A DNA stretch of 55,196 bases from Prorocentrum cordatum (GCA_963575745.1 CAUYUJ010000176.1:62001-117196), one strand, 5' to 3'. Shown: positions 24,500-34,392, numbered from the stretch's first letter. The notes: generated from the letters alone by a model not told the origin. Program-made: numbers and translations.

Positions 24500-26280
24500 T
24501 TGGCCATGGGAGCTTTTGGAAGCGTCTGTGGGCCTTGAAATGAAGCCCTTCGGGCCCTCTTAGGGCGCTCTTGGAGCGCTCCTGGGCCTTCCTGCAGAGC
24601 CCTTGGGGCCGTCTTGGTTCCTCTTGGCCCTCTCTTGGGCCATCTTGGAGCCATCTTCGAGGCCATCGATGAAAGAAAGGAAGGTACTTTTCTCCGCCCC
24701 CGCGTCAGGGCACCCAACATCGCTTCTTGGGCCCCGCTTGGAGCGCTCTTGGAGCTGCATTCGAGCCCTCTTGGGACCTTTTTCGGTCATCTTGGGGCCA
24801 TCTTGAGCACACGAGAGCCCATCGGAAGCGATAAGGCGAGAAAGCAAACATCTTTGATTTTATAGAATCGCTTCGCTCATTCCGCCAGTCCGTATTATGC
24901 CATCGCTGGCGTTAGGGCCGTTTGGGGGCCTTTTGGGGGCCTCTTGGGGTTCTCTTAAGGCATTTTGAGAACCTCTTGGAGCCTGTTGGGGGTCTCTTGA
25001 GGGCTTCTTGGGGCCTCCTGGGCTCCTCTTGGAGCGGAGGGCTCAAAATGTCTGTTAGGGCTCCCCGTCTGGGCAGCCTCTTGGGGCCGTCCTGGGGCCA
25101 GGCCTCTTGGGCCGTCTTGAGGCCCTCTTGGACCGTCTCGGGGCCCTCTTGGAGGCCTCTTCGGCCGTCTTGGAGCGATATTTAGGGCCTGTTCGGCCGT
25201 GGATGCCAGGACCTTGCTGGTCCGGGGACTTCCAGGGGCCGTCCCGCGCGCGCGCGAACTAGAAATATCTTTTACCAGTTACTGAAGATTTTAGCGCGCC
25301 TCTGGCCCGTTGGGCCGGCGAATTCAGCTTTTAGAAGGGTTTCGACCCTCTTGGAGGCGTTTCGGGGCGCTCTTGAAGCCGTCTTGGAGCCATCTGGGGC
25401 CCCTCTGAGGCCTCTCTTGGGCCATCTTGGTGGCCATCGACCAACAAAGAAGGCGGCGACAATTTGGATTCCCCCGTCGGAACCTTCAAAACCACATCGT
25501 GGAGCTCTCTAGAGACGTTCTTGTGGCGGTCTTGAGCGCTCTTGGGGCGATCTTGGGCCTCTCTTGGACCCCTCTTGGGGATCTCTGGGTCCATCCCAGA
25601 GCCACCTCGAGGCTTCAGAAGCCCATCGGAAGCGAAAAGGCGAGATGGCAAACAACAAACATTGATTACTATTATGTTTTGTAAGGTTGTTCACCTCTCC
25701 GTGGCGTTTTTGGGAGGCCCTTTGACCATTGAGAGCCATCTCGGAGGGATCTTGAAGCCTCTTGGAGGTATGTTGCAAGCTATATTTGGCCATGTTTGGC
25801 TATTTTCAGCAACCTTGGAGGCCATCGTTAGCTCTTTTGGGCCTTCTTGGAGCCATCTTGGACGCTCTGACCGCTCGCGAAAGGTCCCGTCCAGGTCCAC
25901 GGGGAGGGGGGGTACCGAAGAGGAAGAAGGGTTTTTTGTTCAAGAAGGGACTATCAAAACTACTCAAGCCCGAAGGGCTGGTGGGATATTAGCCCCCTCC
26001 TCTGGGACCGTCAACATTGCCTCTTGGGCCCCTCTGCGGCCCCTCTTGGTCGCTTCTTGGAGGCCTCTTGGGCGTCTTGGGCGTCTCTTGGCAGTCCCGA
26101 GAGCCTCTTGAAGCATCTTAGCTGCCTCTGTGGGCGGAGAGACTCTTTAGGCCTCTTGGGGGTCTCTTTGAGACCGCTTGGGATGGGAGTCTTTGGAAGC
26201 CTCTTGGGGGTTTCCTTGGAGCCCAGTGGGCGCCTCTTGGGCCCCTCTTGGAAACCTATGGAGCCCTCTTGGGACCATGA
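24500..26280 (+). repeat. GGCCTCTTGG-type degenerate minisatellite repeat region
   Basis: Dense CTCTTGG units. Confidence 0.85.
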
Positions 26281-27074
26281 AAGGATGAGCAGGAGAAGAA
26301 GTAGAGAGCCGCGTCAGCTGCCATATCAGTTCTTCCGCCCAAAAGCAAAGTAAGTCGCTGGGACATAAGAACTTGTCGCTTCAAGCGGCTTAGAACATAG
26401 CAACGGGATGTGTACATTGGCTTGTTGATCATCTACTAATCGCCTCCATGGTTTCTTCCTTCCTCCGCAGGTGGGGAGGAGGCGGGGAGGATGAGGAGGA
26501 GGAGGAGGAGGAGAGGTTTTCTTCCTCCTTTTCCTTGTCATCCTCTTCCTCCATCCTACTCCTACTCCTCTTCTTCCGCGCTACCTTGCTGCGCGATGTT
26601 CAATTCATTGTGAGTATAGCACTCACGGGACAAACAGACAACACGGCGTCGATGGTGTGCGTATCGTATCCGCCTTACCTCCTCGTCCTCCTCTTCCTTC
26701 CCCTTCCTCCTCCTCCTCCTCCTCCTCCTCCTCCTCCTCCTCCTCCTCCTCCTCCTCCTCCTCCGCCTCCTCCCCCTCCTCCTCCTCCTCCTCCCCCTCC
26801 TCCTTCTCATGTTCATCCTCATTCTCATCCTCATCCTCCTCTTCCTCCCAATCGAGGGGGAGGGGGGTGATGCCCAGCCCGCGCCCTCGCGCCGAGGCGA
26901 CGGCCGTCGCGGCCGGCGGCCCTGGCGGCGAGCAGCCGCCCGTGGTGTGCCAGTGCGCCGACGCCCCAGGGAATCTTCGCCCGTGGGGGGGGGGGGGGGG
27001 GGGCGACTCGGAGGAGGCCGAGTGGAGACGGCAGTCGTTGGCCTTCAGAGGGCCCCGTCGTCGCCACGGCTGGA

Positions 27075-27464
27075 CCTCCTCCTCCCTCTTCTCCTCATCC
27101 TCCCCTCCTCCGACTCCTCCGAGCCTCCTCCTCTCCTCCTCCTCCTCCTCCCCCTCCCTCCCCTCCTCCTCCTCCTCCTCCTCCTCCTCCTCCTCCTCCT
27201 CCTCCTCCTCCTCCTCCTCCTCCTCCTCCTCCTCCTCCTCCTTCTCCTCCTCCTCCTCCTCCTCCTCCTCCTCCTCCACTCCTCTCCTCCTCCTCCTCCT
27301 CCTCCTCCTCCCCCTCTCCCTCCCCCTCCCCCTCTCCTCCTCCTCCTCATCCTCCTCCTCCTCCTCCTCTCCTCCCTCCTCCTTCTCCTCCTCCTCCTCC
27401 TCTCCTCCTCCTCCTCCCCTCCTCCTCCTCCTCCTCCTCCTCCTCCTCCTCCTCCTCCTCCTCC
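27075..27464. repeat. (TCC)n microsatellite, 5' flank of the LINE
   Basis: Direct reading. Confidence 0.95.
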
Positions 27465-27486
27465 TCCGTAGCCATTTTGGCTCAAG
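27465..27486 (+). other. Dinoflagellate spliced leader (exact 22-mer)
   Basis: TCCGTAGCCATTTTGGCTCAAG; followed by ATG rather than a GT intron, so it is not an SL RNA gene. Confidence 0.97.
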
Positions 27487-30400
27487 ATGCCTGGTTCCTT
27501 TGGGGCCAAAACGGATACCGCTAGTCCGCGGCCAGTTCTCAGAGTTTTTCGCCTTCTCTGCAGGAGTTGGGCGCCTGCCTTTCCAGTCTTTCCCGAGCTG
27601 CTCTCGCCATGGTCCCCCCGCCCTGGCGCACCGAGGATGGCTGGACCAGCGTCGGCGGAGGCAAGAAGGGGAAGAAGTTCCAGACGTACACGTACTGCTC
27701 GTGCGGGCATTGGACGTACGATCGTCTGCTGGCTCGCCGCGGCTTCTGCGTGGGTTGCGGCACGGCCATGCAACCTACTGGTGGTGGGAAGAGTGGTGCA
27801 GGAGGAGCCAACGGAGCTCCCAGCGGTGGCGGCGGCGGTGCGTCTGGTGTGGATCCCGCGGCAGTGGCAGCGGCCAGGAAGGCGGCCGCACTGCTGCCCC
27901 CCGCTGCTGCAGCCGAGTTGCTTGCTACCCTCAAGATCAAGCCAGATCCTCCCCCACCGATGCCCCTCGGCGAGGCCGAGATCAGCTCCGCCGAGGCCAA
28001 GAAGCGTGCTGCTACCCGTGCGGTCCAGCAGGCCATCGACGCCCGCCTCCGCCTCGAGGAGCAGATCGCTGCAGCCGACAAGAAGGTCGACGAAGCTATC
28101 AAGAAGGAGGAGGAGGCCCAGCAGGCCGTCGAGCTGGCTGCCCGCAACCTCGCTGCGAGGGTCCTCCCAACGCCCGAGGAGACGCTGCCTTCATCGGGCT
28201 CGGTGCTGCACATCGGCGCGCTGCTGGAGGATCCTGACTCGGTGCGTCTGGATTTCGGCGAATCGATCGATGTCACGGGCCCCGCTTTCTCGGATGAGGA
28301 CAGAGCGAAGTTCAGCAATTTCGCCGAGCAGCAGCGCATCGCTGCCACGGAGCTCCTTCGCAAGGCTTTCTCGGGCGTCGCCGAGCAGGCCAAGAAGCTC
28401 CAGTCCGAGTACGTATCTTACGTCAAGCAGATCCAGAAGAAGCGCAAGGCGGAGGACGGCCAGGGCGTTGCAGTCCAGCAGCCGTCGGCCCCTCCCGCAG
28501 CGGCGGCCAGCTCCCCTGCAGGCGCTGCGGCGGAGGCCAGCCAGGAGCCTCCTGGCCCAGCGGCGCCTGCCGCCTCGCCCACGCCCGCTGAGGCCGCCGA
28601 GCTGGAGGCAGAGCGGCGTCGGGAGGCCGTCCGCGCCGCCAGCGCGGCACGCGCAGCTGCCAAGCAGGAGGCGGCGGCGGCGGCCCCCCCGCGGGGGTAG
28701 CCTGGGCGCTGACGACGAGGGCCGCTCCCTGAGGCTGGTGTACGGGAACATCTCGTGCTGGGGGCCCCAGGCTGAGCGCTGGCTGGCGGAGACGCTAGCA
28801 GACGTGGTGGTCTTGGTTGAGACCAGGGTGAGGGGTGTTAAGTACACCCAGATGTGCGCTGCCGCGAGGCGGCTGGGCTGGAAGGCTGTTGGCGGAGAGG
28901 CTGACGCCACGGAAGCCTTTTCCACGTCGGCGGGGGTGGTGATCTTCGCCCGCGCCCGACTTGGGCTCGCCTCGCTGTGCCTCGAGGCGAACGGAGGCTG
29001 GACATCAAGTTCCTGTTCGCGCTGGTGCGTGGCCACCCTCAGGCTGCGCCGCGTCACGCTCACCATCGTTCCGATCTACATGGTCTCGGGCGAGGAGTTG
29101 GGCGGCCGCAACCTCAAGTTGCTTTCTCAAGTGGGTGCTCGGCTCGGCCAGTTGGCGGGCCCTCTCTTCATCGTTGGGGACTGGCAGTCTGTGTCCAGCG
29201 AGCTTGCGACGACTGGCTTCATGGCGGCGCTTGGCCTGGTCGAGGTGCAGTCGGGTTTGCAGGTCACGTGTACTGGCGGCAGGGGCGCAGGGCGTGCCAT
29301 CGACTACGCCCTGGTCTCGTCCTCCTTCGCGTCGGCTGTGCAGTTTGCAGGGGTCGACGTCTCGGCCCCGTGGGGGACCCACCTCGCGCTCTCCTACAAC
29401 ATCCTGGCCAACCCGAGGTCGCTCATGGGCTGGTGTGTGGTCATGCCGAAGGCGCTGGACATCTTTGTCGCCTCCAACGAGAGCTACGACCTGGACTGGG
29501 ACGCCGCCCTCTCTGAGGCCCGTGCCTTTCGCCAGCGCTTTTCTGCCCGTTTTACCTCTAACTTTGAGACGGCGAGCCTCGCCATTGCAGATCACGATGT
29601 GCCGCAGACTGCCCTTTTGCTCGGAAGTCAGCTCGGGGAGTGGGCCCTAGCTTTGGAGTTTGTGCATTGTGCCAAAAAAGGTATACCTCGCTCGCAGTGG
29701 CCTCTGTACGTAGGACGATGTCAGCAGCCTCGCCTCAAGTACGTTCCCATCGTGCCTCGTGCCAGCGACGGCCCTCCTCTCGCTGACCGCCATGCCCGTT
29801 TTTGGCAGGCCCTCGCTGTGCAGGCCTCCTTGCTGTTGCGTTTGGCTGATCCCGAGGCGGACCCATCCGAGGCATCTACTCCGCGCGCCGGCTGCGGTGA
29901 GCAGTTCTGGAGCACGATGCGTGGGCTTGAGGCCCTGCAGCTGCCCCCGCCTTTTGATCCGAACGACGCGGTGGAGGGAGCGATCCTTGAGCGTTGGATC
30001 TTTCGGCTCCGCCAGCTTCGCTCGCTGTCGCTTGACAGCCTTCAGCAGATCGCGGAGGAGGCTAAGGAGCAGGGAGTCCAGGCTGCCCAGCGCGCGGCTG
30101 CGGCGGCCCGTGCGCGCTGGCGTTCCTGGTTGTCCGACGCTTTGGCGGGTTCTGCCAGCAAAGCCCATAGGCTCCTCCGCGATCCTCCCGCCTTCTGCCG
30201 CGCCGAGCCTGTCTGGGACGGAGAGCCAGCCTCCACGCCCGCTGCCGTGCTAGAGGCGGAAGGCGCTGCGTGGCACGCAATCTGGTGCAAGCACTCGCGG
30301 CCCGAGGCTTTGGAGGCCCTCGCGAGGATCCGCCGTGCGGCTCTTTCGTCAGACTGCTTCGAGCCTGTCACTCCTGACCAGGTGAGGGGGGCGCTAAAGA

Positions 30401-32601
30401 CCGTTCCTGATCGTCGGGGGAGGGGGATTGACATGATGCCGCCTCGCCTGGTCAAGGATGCGCCGCTTGCTGCTATCGCTGCGCTCGCGGCCCTTCTGAC
30501 GGCCATCGAGCGCGAGGCCACAGTGCCCTTTCAAGAGTTGTTCAACCTCATCGCCTTGCTGGATAAGGAGGATGGAGGCCTGAGGCCCATCGCCCTGCTC
30601 AATTTCAGTTACGTGCTGCTATGCCGCATCAGGAAGCCTGAGATAGGCGCCTGGGACCGTGACCAGCACGGCGCCTGGGACAAGACTGTGGGTGGATCGG
30701 CCGACCTGGCTGGGTGGTTGGACGAGCTGGAGGGGGAGCTTGCGCTCCTGGGAGGCTTCGAGGTTGCGGGTGGACTGCTCGACCTTCGGAAGTTTTACGA
30801 CCTGGTGTCTCTGCCTGACTTGGCGGCGGCTGCCCAGGATTTAGGCTACCCTCTCCGCCTCCTCGCTCTCGCCCTCGACGTCTACCTCGGTCCTCGACTC
30901 CTCACCCTCCAGCGCCAGGTGCACACAGGTATCTTGCCTGGCGGAGGCATCCTCGCTGGCTGTGGCCAAGCTGTCTCGCAGGCGCGTGCCTACCTGCACG
31001 CCCCGCTGAAGGCGGCTCACTCTTTGGTGCCAGGGTTGCGCCTGAGGGAGTGGATCGACGACCTCGCCTTCCGTCTTTTCGGCACTGAGCACTCGCTCAG
31101 CTTGGCCTTTCCTGTGGTGCTGCGCGCCCTCTTTACGGGCCTGCGCAGGTTGCGATGCGAGTTTTCCCTAGGGAAGTGTGGCCTCATGGCCTCCTCTGCT
31201 GCCATCCGTGCCTTGCTGCCCGCGTGGGCGTCAGCGGCCGAGGTCGGGGCTGGTGGCCTCAGGACTGTTCGTGTTGCCCGCGACCTCGGCCACGACACAT
31301 CTTTCGGTGCCTCGCGTTCTGTGAAGGTGCGCAAGAAGCGTTTCATGAAGGGCAGGCGCGCCGCCCTCAAGATCTCGGGTCTGGTCAGGTCAGCGCCGCG
31401 AGCCTCACGCCTCTTCGTCTCCAATGCCCTGCCGAAGTCGGTGTGGGCGCCCGAGGTGCACGGGCTGGCGCCGACCATGCTGAAGCAGCTGCGTGGTCAG
31501 GCGAGGCTCGCCAGCAAGTGCCCTCAGCGCGGCACGTGCGCTACTGTGGCCATTCGCATCAGTTTTGGGGCGCGGCGCGACCCGCCCATCTGGTACCTGC
31601 GGCACATCGCAGAAGCTTTTTACTCTCGAGTCCTTGGAGAGGACGGCCTCGCTGCGAAGGTCCAGCGAGGATGGGACGCGTCCCTGAAGCGGGTGGCGCG
31701 TGGCTGGAACTTCGTGCGCGGCCCGCTCTCAGCCTTTCAGGCCTCTGTCATTGCAGCTGGCTGGCAGTGCCCGTCCCTGTCCAAGTTGGTCGAGCCAGAC
31801 GGGCAGGAGTGGGAGCTCTTCGCCACCTCCGTCGCCCCCGTCACCAGCCTCCTCGCGGCTCTGGAGCAGACCGCTGAGAATGCGGCTTGGCGACAGGCGG
31901 CCAAGCATCTTGACGGGGGTGGGGCGGAGGGTGGCGTTTGGTGGCAGCATGTGCCTGCACTGGCGGAACGGCTGGAGAAGGAGTCCCAGCACAGTCTTGC
32001 CAGCCTCGTTCGCCTAGTCGCCTGCGGAGGATACTGGACGGAGGAGCGTCGTCACCAGGCAGGCTACCGCACGGACGACCTGTGTCAGCGCTGCCATCGC
32101 TCCCGCGAATCCAGCCGTCATCGTTTCTGGGAATGCATGTGCAACTTCATGGAGAGGGACTGGGCGCTCTCGGTCGGTGTGCCTCCCCCTCCAGAGGCCG
32201 TGGTCTCCTCCAACCATCTTCGCAGTCAGGCGTTGGAGGAGATCGACAGCGCCCCTGTCTTCTGGTGCCGCGGGCTTGTGCCCCTTGCCTGGCTGAACAT
32301 CCCGCCTCCCCCCGACGAGCGTGGCCATCGGTGGCTGCGATGCGGCGTCGGGGCGCTGCCAGGGGGGATCTACGCCACCGACGGTGCAGGTGGAGCCTGG
32401 TCGTCTCAGCCCTTGCTACGGCGTGTGGCGTGGAGCTTTGCCCGCCTTGGCGACGGCCAGGGTCTGGACTGGGATTCTGGCTGCACGGGCTTGGTGGACG
32501 GCCCTGTGCAAACGGTGCCTCGTGCTGAGCTCCTGGCCATTGTGGAGTGCGTCAGGGCCGTCCACCCTGCTGCCGATTTCAAGCTGTTTCCGACCACGTG
32601 A
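27487..32601 (+). CDS. LINE ORF2 polyprotein: AP endonuclease, reverse transcriptase, zf-RVT and N-half of RNase H (recognisable domains start ~28730; true start unresolved)
   Basis: APE: LVYGNI, VVLVET, AGVVIF, IVGDWQ, AIDYALVS, GTH. RT: RGIDMMP, LLDKEDGGLRPIALL, LDLRKFYD, GILAGC, WIDD (31051-31062), RDLG. zf-RVT: CQRC..ESSRHRFWEC. RNase H: ATDGAG, QTVPRAELLA. Confidence 0.92.
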   Translation: MPGSFGAKTDTASPRPVLRVFRLLCRSWAPAFPVFPELLSPWSPRPGAPRMAGPASAEARRGRSSRRTRTARAGIGRTIVCWLAAASAWVAARPCNLLVVGRVVQEEPTELPAVAAAVRLVWIPRQWQRPGRRPHCCPPLLQPSCLLPSRSSQILPHRCPSARPRSAPPRPRSVLLPVRSSRPSTPASASRSRSLQPTRRSTKLSRRRRRPSRPSSWLPATSLRGSSQRPRRRCLHRARCCTSARCWRILTRCVWISANRSMSRAPLSRMRTERSSAISPSSSASLPRSSFARLSRASPSRPRSSSPSTYLTSSRSRRSARRRTARALQSSSRRPLPQRRPAPLQALRRRPARSLLAQRRLPPRPRPLRPPSWRQSGVGRPSAPPARHAQLPSRRRRRRPPRGGSLGADDEGRSLRLVYGNISCWGPQAERWLAETLADVVVLVETRVRGVKYTQMCAAARRLGWKAVGGEADATEAFSTSAGVVIFARARLGLASLCLEANGGWTSSSCSRWCVATLRLRRVTLTIVPIYMVSGEELGGRNLKLLSQVGARLGQLAGPLFIVGDWQSVSSELATTGFMAALGLVEVQSGLQVTCTGGRGAGRAIDYALVSSSFASAVQFAGVDVSAPWGTHLALSYNILANPRSLMGWCVVMPKALDIFVASNESYDLDWDAALSEARAFRQRFSARFTSNFETASLAIADHDVPQTALLLGSQLGEWALALEFVHCAKKGIPRSQWPLYVGRCQQPRLKYVPIVPRASDGPPLADRHARFWQALAVQASLLLRLADPEADPSEASTPRAGCGEQFWSTMRGLEALQLPPPFDPNDAVEGAILERWIFRLRQLRSLSLDSLQQIAEEAKEQGVQAAQRAAAAARARWRSWLSDALAGSASKAHRLLRDPPAFCRAEPVWDGEPASTPAAVLEAEGAAWHAIWCKHSRPEALEALARIRRAALSSDCFEPVTPDQVRGALKTVPDRRGRGIDMMPPRLVKDAPLAAIAALAALLTAIEREATVPFQELFNLIALLDKEDGGLRPIALLNFSYVLLCRIRKPEIGAWDRDQHGAWDKTVGGSADLAGWLDELEGELALLGGFEVAGGLLDLRKFYDLVSLPDLAAAAQDLGYPLRLLALALDVYLGPRLLTLQRQVHTGILPGGGILAGCGQAVSQARAYLHAPLKAAHSLVPGLRLREWIDDLAFRLFGTEHSLSLAFPVVLRALFTGLRRLRCEFSLGKCGLMASSAAIRALLPAWASAAEVGAGGLRTVRVARDLGHDTSFGASRSVKVRKKRFMKGRRAALKISGLVRSAPRASRLFVSNALPKSVWAPEVHGLAPTMLKQLRGQARLASKCPQRGTCATVAIRISFGARRDPPIWYLRHIAEAFYSRVLGEDGLAAKVQRGWDASLKRVARGWNFVRGPLSAFQASVIAAGWQCPSLSKLVEPDGQEWELFATSVAPVTSLLAALEQTAENAAWRQAAKHLDGGGAEGGVWWQHVPALAERLEKESQHSLASLVRLVACGGYWTEERRHQAGYRTDDLCQRCHRSRESSRHRFWECMCNFMERDWALSVGVPPPPEAVVSSNHLRSQALEEIDSAPVFWCRGLVPLAWLNIPPPPDERGHRWLRCGVGALPGGIYATDGAGGAWSSQPLLRRVAWSFARLGDGQGLDWDSGCTGLVDGPVQTVPRAELLAIVECVRAVHPAADFKLFPTT
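27609..28700 (+). CDS. LINE ORF1 protein (363 aa): N-terminal Cys4 zinc finger plus coiled coil
   Basis: CSCGHW-x-FCVGCG motif; helical A/E/K-rich segment AEISSAEAKK...AARNL; GC3-rich codons; lies between the SL and the APE domain. Confidence 0.85.
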   Translation: MVPPPWRTEDGWTSVGGGKKGKKFQTYTYCSCGHWTYDRLLARRGFCVGCGTAMQPTGGGKSGAGGANGAPSGGGGGASGVDPAAVAAARKAAALLPPAAAAELLATLKIKPDPPPPMPLGEAEISSAEAKKRAATRAVQQAIDARLRLEEQIAAADKKVDEAIKKEEEAQQAVELAARNLAARVLPTPEETLPSSGSVLHIGALLEDPDSVRLDFGESIDVTGPAFSDEDRAKFSNFAEQQRIAATELLRKAFSGVAEQAKKLQSEYVSYVKQIQKKRKAEDGQGVAVQQPSAPPAAAASSPAGAAAEASQEPPGPAAPAASPTPAEAAELEAERRREAVRAASAARAAAKQEAAAAAPPRG

Positions 32602-33656
32602 ATCACGTGAATGCGATAGCACGCGGACGCCGCCACTGCTACAAGCTCGAGCACGCGGACCTCTGGCACGATCTTTTTTCGCTGCTTGACGTCCGCGTGG
32701 GCCGCTTCGCGCTCCTGCACGTGCCCTCGCATCTAGCTGAGGACCCCGCGAAGTTTGCGCGTCTAGGCCACACTGTGCTGCCCGAGGCTATCTTTCTCAA
32801 TGCAGTGGCCGACGGGCTCGCCGAGGAGCGGTCTGAGGAGGCCCAGCTTGATCCTGATGTAGCGCGTCGCGCTTTGGACTTGGTGGAGCAGGCCGAGGCC
32901 ATCCTGCTCCGCAATGCTACGCTCTGTGCTGCCGCCGCCTCCGCCCCCAAGAGCCCTGGCCGTGAGGTTATCAAACCGAAGGTTTCTAGGGCTCAGAGGA
33001 GGGAGGAGCTGCTTTCTGGCTTCGCGGCTCGTTCCCAGCATGCCTTTGTGCCGACCGCTTTCGGCTGGTGCTGCAAGAGCTGTGGCCGATCGGTCAGGCG
33101 CACTCAGAGCCGCGCCCTCCACCTCCTGCGTTCATCGTGCTCGGTCCTGCGGCCGTCGCCTTGCTCGCCTCCCTGCCGCGTGGAGCTGCAGCAGCGAGGC
33201 CAGCTGAGGGAGGGGGACGGGGCGGTCGAGGACGGGGGGGGGGACGGTGTGTTGCCTCTCGAGCCTGCGGCAGAGCCAGAGGCGGAGGACACTGCTCCCG
33301 CGCCTCGGGTCTGCGTCAGGCTGCCGCGCTCGTACGAGGGGCTGCCGCCCATCGACGAGCAACTCTTTCGGTCTCTGGGGATGCCTGATCCCCCATCTCG
33401 TCTGCCTCCTGGCACTGGCATCGCTGGACATGTGCCGCATGCCTCTCACTTTTTGTGGCGCAAGGGCGCCATCACGTTCTGCAGCACCTGCGGGCGCTAC
33501 GCGGACTCCAGGCCCTCGCTTCTTCTGGAGGAGTGCGAGGCGGCGAGGTACGGACCCCTCGCGCTGACTAAGGCGCAGCTGACTGCCCTGATGCGGCTGC
33601 GCAAGGGCCTCCCTCCCAGGCCTGGGGTCCGCGAGTGGCCCTCGGCGGGTGTTTAG
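32586..33656 (+). CDS. Frameshifted continuation of ORF2: C-half of RNase H and C-terminal Cys/His zinc modules
   Basis: SDHVNHV, ADLW, HVPSH and NAVADGLA complete RNase H; H..WCCKSCG and HASH..FCSTCG..C follow; joins the upstream frame if one base is restored at ~32587-32589. Confidence 0.88.
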   Translation, partial: VSDHVNHVNAIARGRRHCYKLEHADLWHDLFSLLDVRVGRFALLHVPSHLAEDPAKFARLGHTVLPEAIFLNAVADGLAEERSEEAQLDPDVARRALDLVEQAEAILLRNATLCAAAASAPKSPGREVIKPKVSRAQRREELLSGFAARSQHAFVPTAFGWCCKSCGRSVRRTQSRALHLLRSSCSVLRPSPCSPPCRVELQQRGQLREGDGAVEDGGGDGVLPLEPAAEPEAEDTAPAPRVCVRLPRSYEGLPPIDEQLFRSLGMPDPPSRLPPGTGIAGHVPHASHFLWRKGAITFCSTCGRYADSRPSLLLEECEAARYGPLALTKAQLTALMRLRKGLPPRPGVREWPSAGV

Positions 33657-33741
33657 CCCGCAGGTTTTGTTTGCCAGCCTGTCGCCCGGCCTTTTTGCTC
33701 TCGCGAATAGGGTGTGCGCCTGGCTGCCGCGCATTGCAAAA

Positions 33742-33902
33742 CTCCTCCTCCTCCTCCTCCTCCTCCTCCTCCTCCCCCTCCCCCTCCCCCTCCCCCCTCC
33801 CCCTCCCCCTCCCCCTCCTCCTCTCCTCCTCCTCCTCCTCCTCCTCCTCCTCCTCCTCCTCCTCCTCCTCCTCCTCCTCCTCCTCCTCCTCCTCCTCCTC
33901 CT
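33742..33902. repeat. (TCC)n microsatellite, 3' flank of the LINE
   Basis: Direct reading. Confidence 0.95.
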
Positions 33903-34026
33903 GCGCACGATGCACAGCATCGTTTCTCGCTTGCTTCGAAGAGGACTCGCTGTCCGCGCCGCCGCGGACGTGTGCCCCATAGCGGCCGCCGTCGATTTTT
34001 TGCAAGATCTGCTGTCGAGCATCGTA

Positions 34027-34224
34027 CTCCGGATTTCATGGTAGGGGGGGTGGGTACAAAACTCCAAGGCAAGCCACTTCAGACACCCGCCCGTCGGGGA
34101 TAGCCCCCCCCCCCGCGGGGATGACCTGCCCCCGTCGGGGATGAACCCGCCCCCCTCTGGCCAAGACAGCTTGAACCAGACCCCCCCCCAAATGTAACCC
34201 CTCCCTTTATCGTGAAATCCAGAG
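34027..34224. mobile_element. TA-flanked MITE with CTCC(A/G)GATTTC TIR (Tc1/mariner-like)
   Basis: TA|CTCCGGATTTCATG ... CGTGAAATCCAGAG|TA; relatives at 35846-36027 and 20696. Confidence 0.75.
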
Positions 34225-34392
34225 TATCGGGGGTGGACAGACCCCCCCAACAGTGACACGTCGATTAGTGGATTGTCCGTTTTCGGTTCTCGAGGGGGCG
34301 CCGCGGCCGTTCTTTTCCAGGCCTGCGCCCGCCAGGTTTCGGCCTCGGGTCGTTTTCACTATAAGCCACGTTTTACGAAAGGGAGGTCTGTC

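Larger units (their letters stand above)
27465..33741 (+). mobile_element. Full-length non-LTR retrotransposon (APE-RT-RNase H type) headed by a dinoflagellate spliced leader and inserted in (TCC)n
   Basis: SL at 27465-27486; ORF1; ORF2 with APE, RT, zf-RVT and RNase H; ~80-nt 3' UTR ending GCATTGCAAAA; TCC repeats abut both ends. Confidence 0.95.

Noticed and set aside
27465..27520. SL RNA gene at any of the SL matches
   Set aside because: An SL RNA gene needs a GT-starting intron after the 22-mer. Here the SLs are followed by ATG, CC or CG and by different sequences, so they are retroposed mRNA ends.
28191..32732. Antisense and alternate-frame ORFs over the LINE
   Set aside because: Shadow ORFs of a GC3-rich coding sequence.
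27440..33770. Discrete target-site duplication of the LINE
   Set aside because: Both flanks are pure TCC repeat, so TSD length cannot be determined from this sequence.
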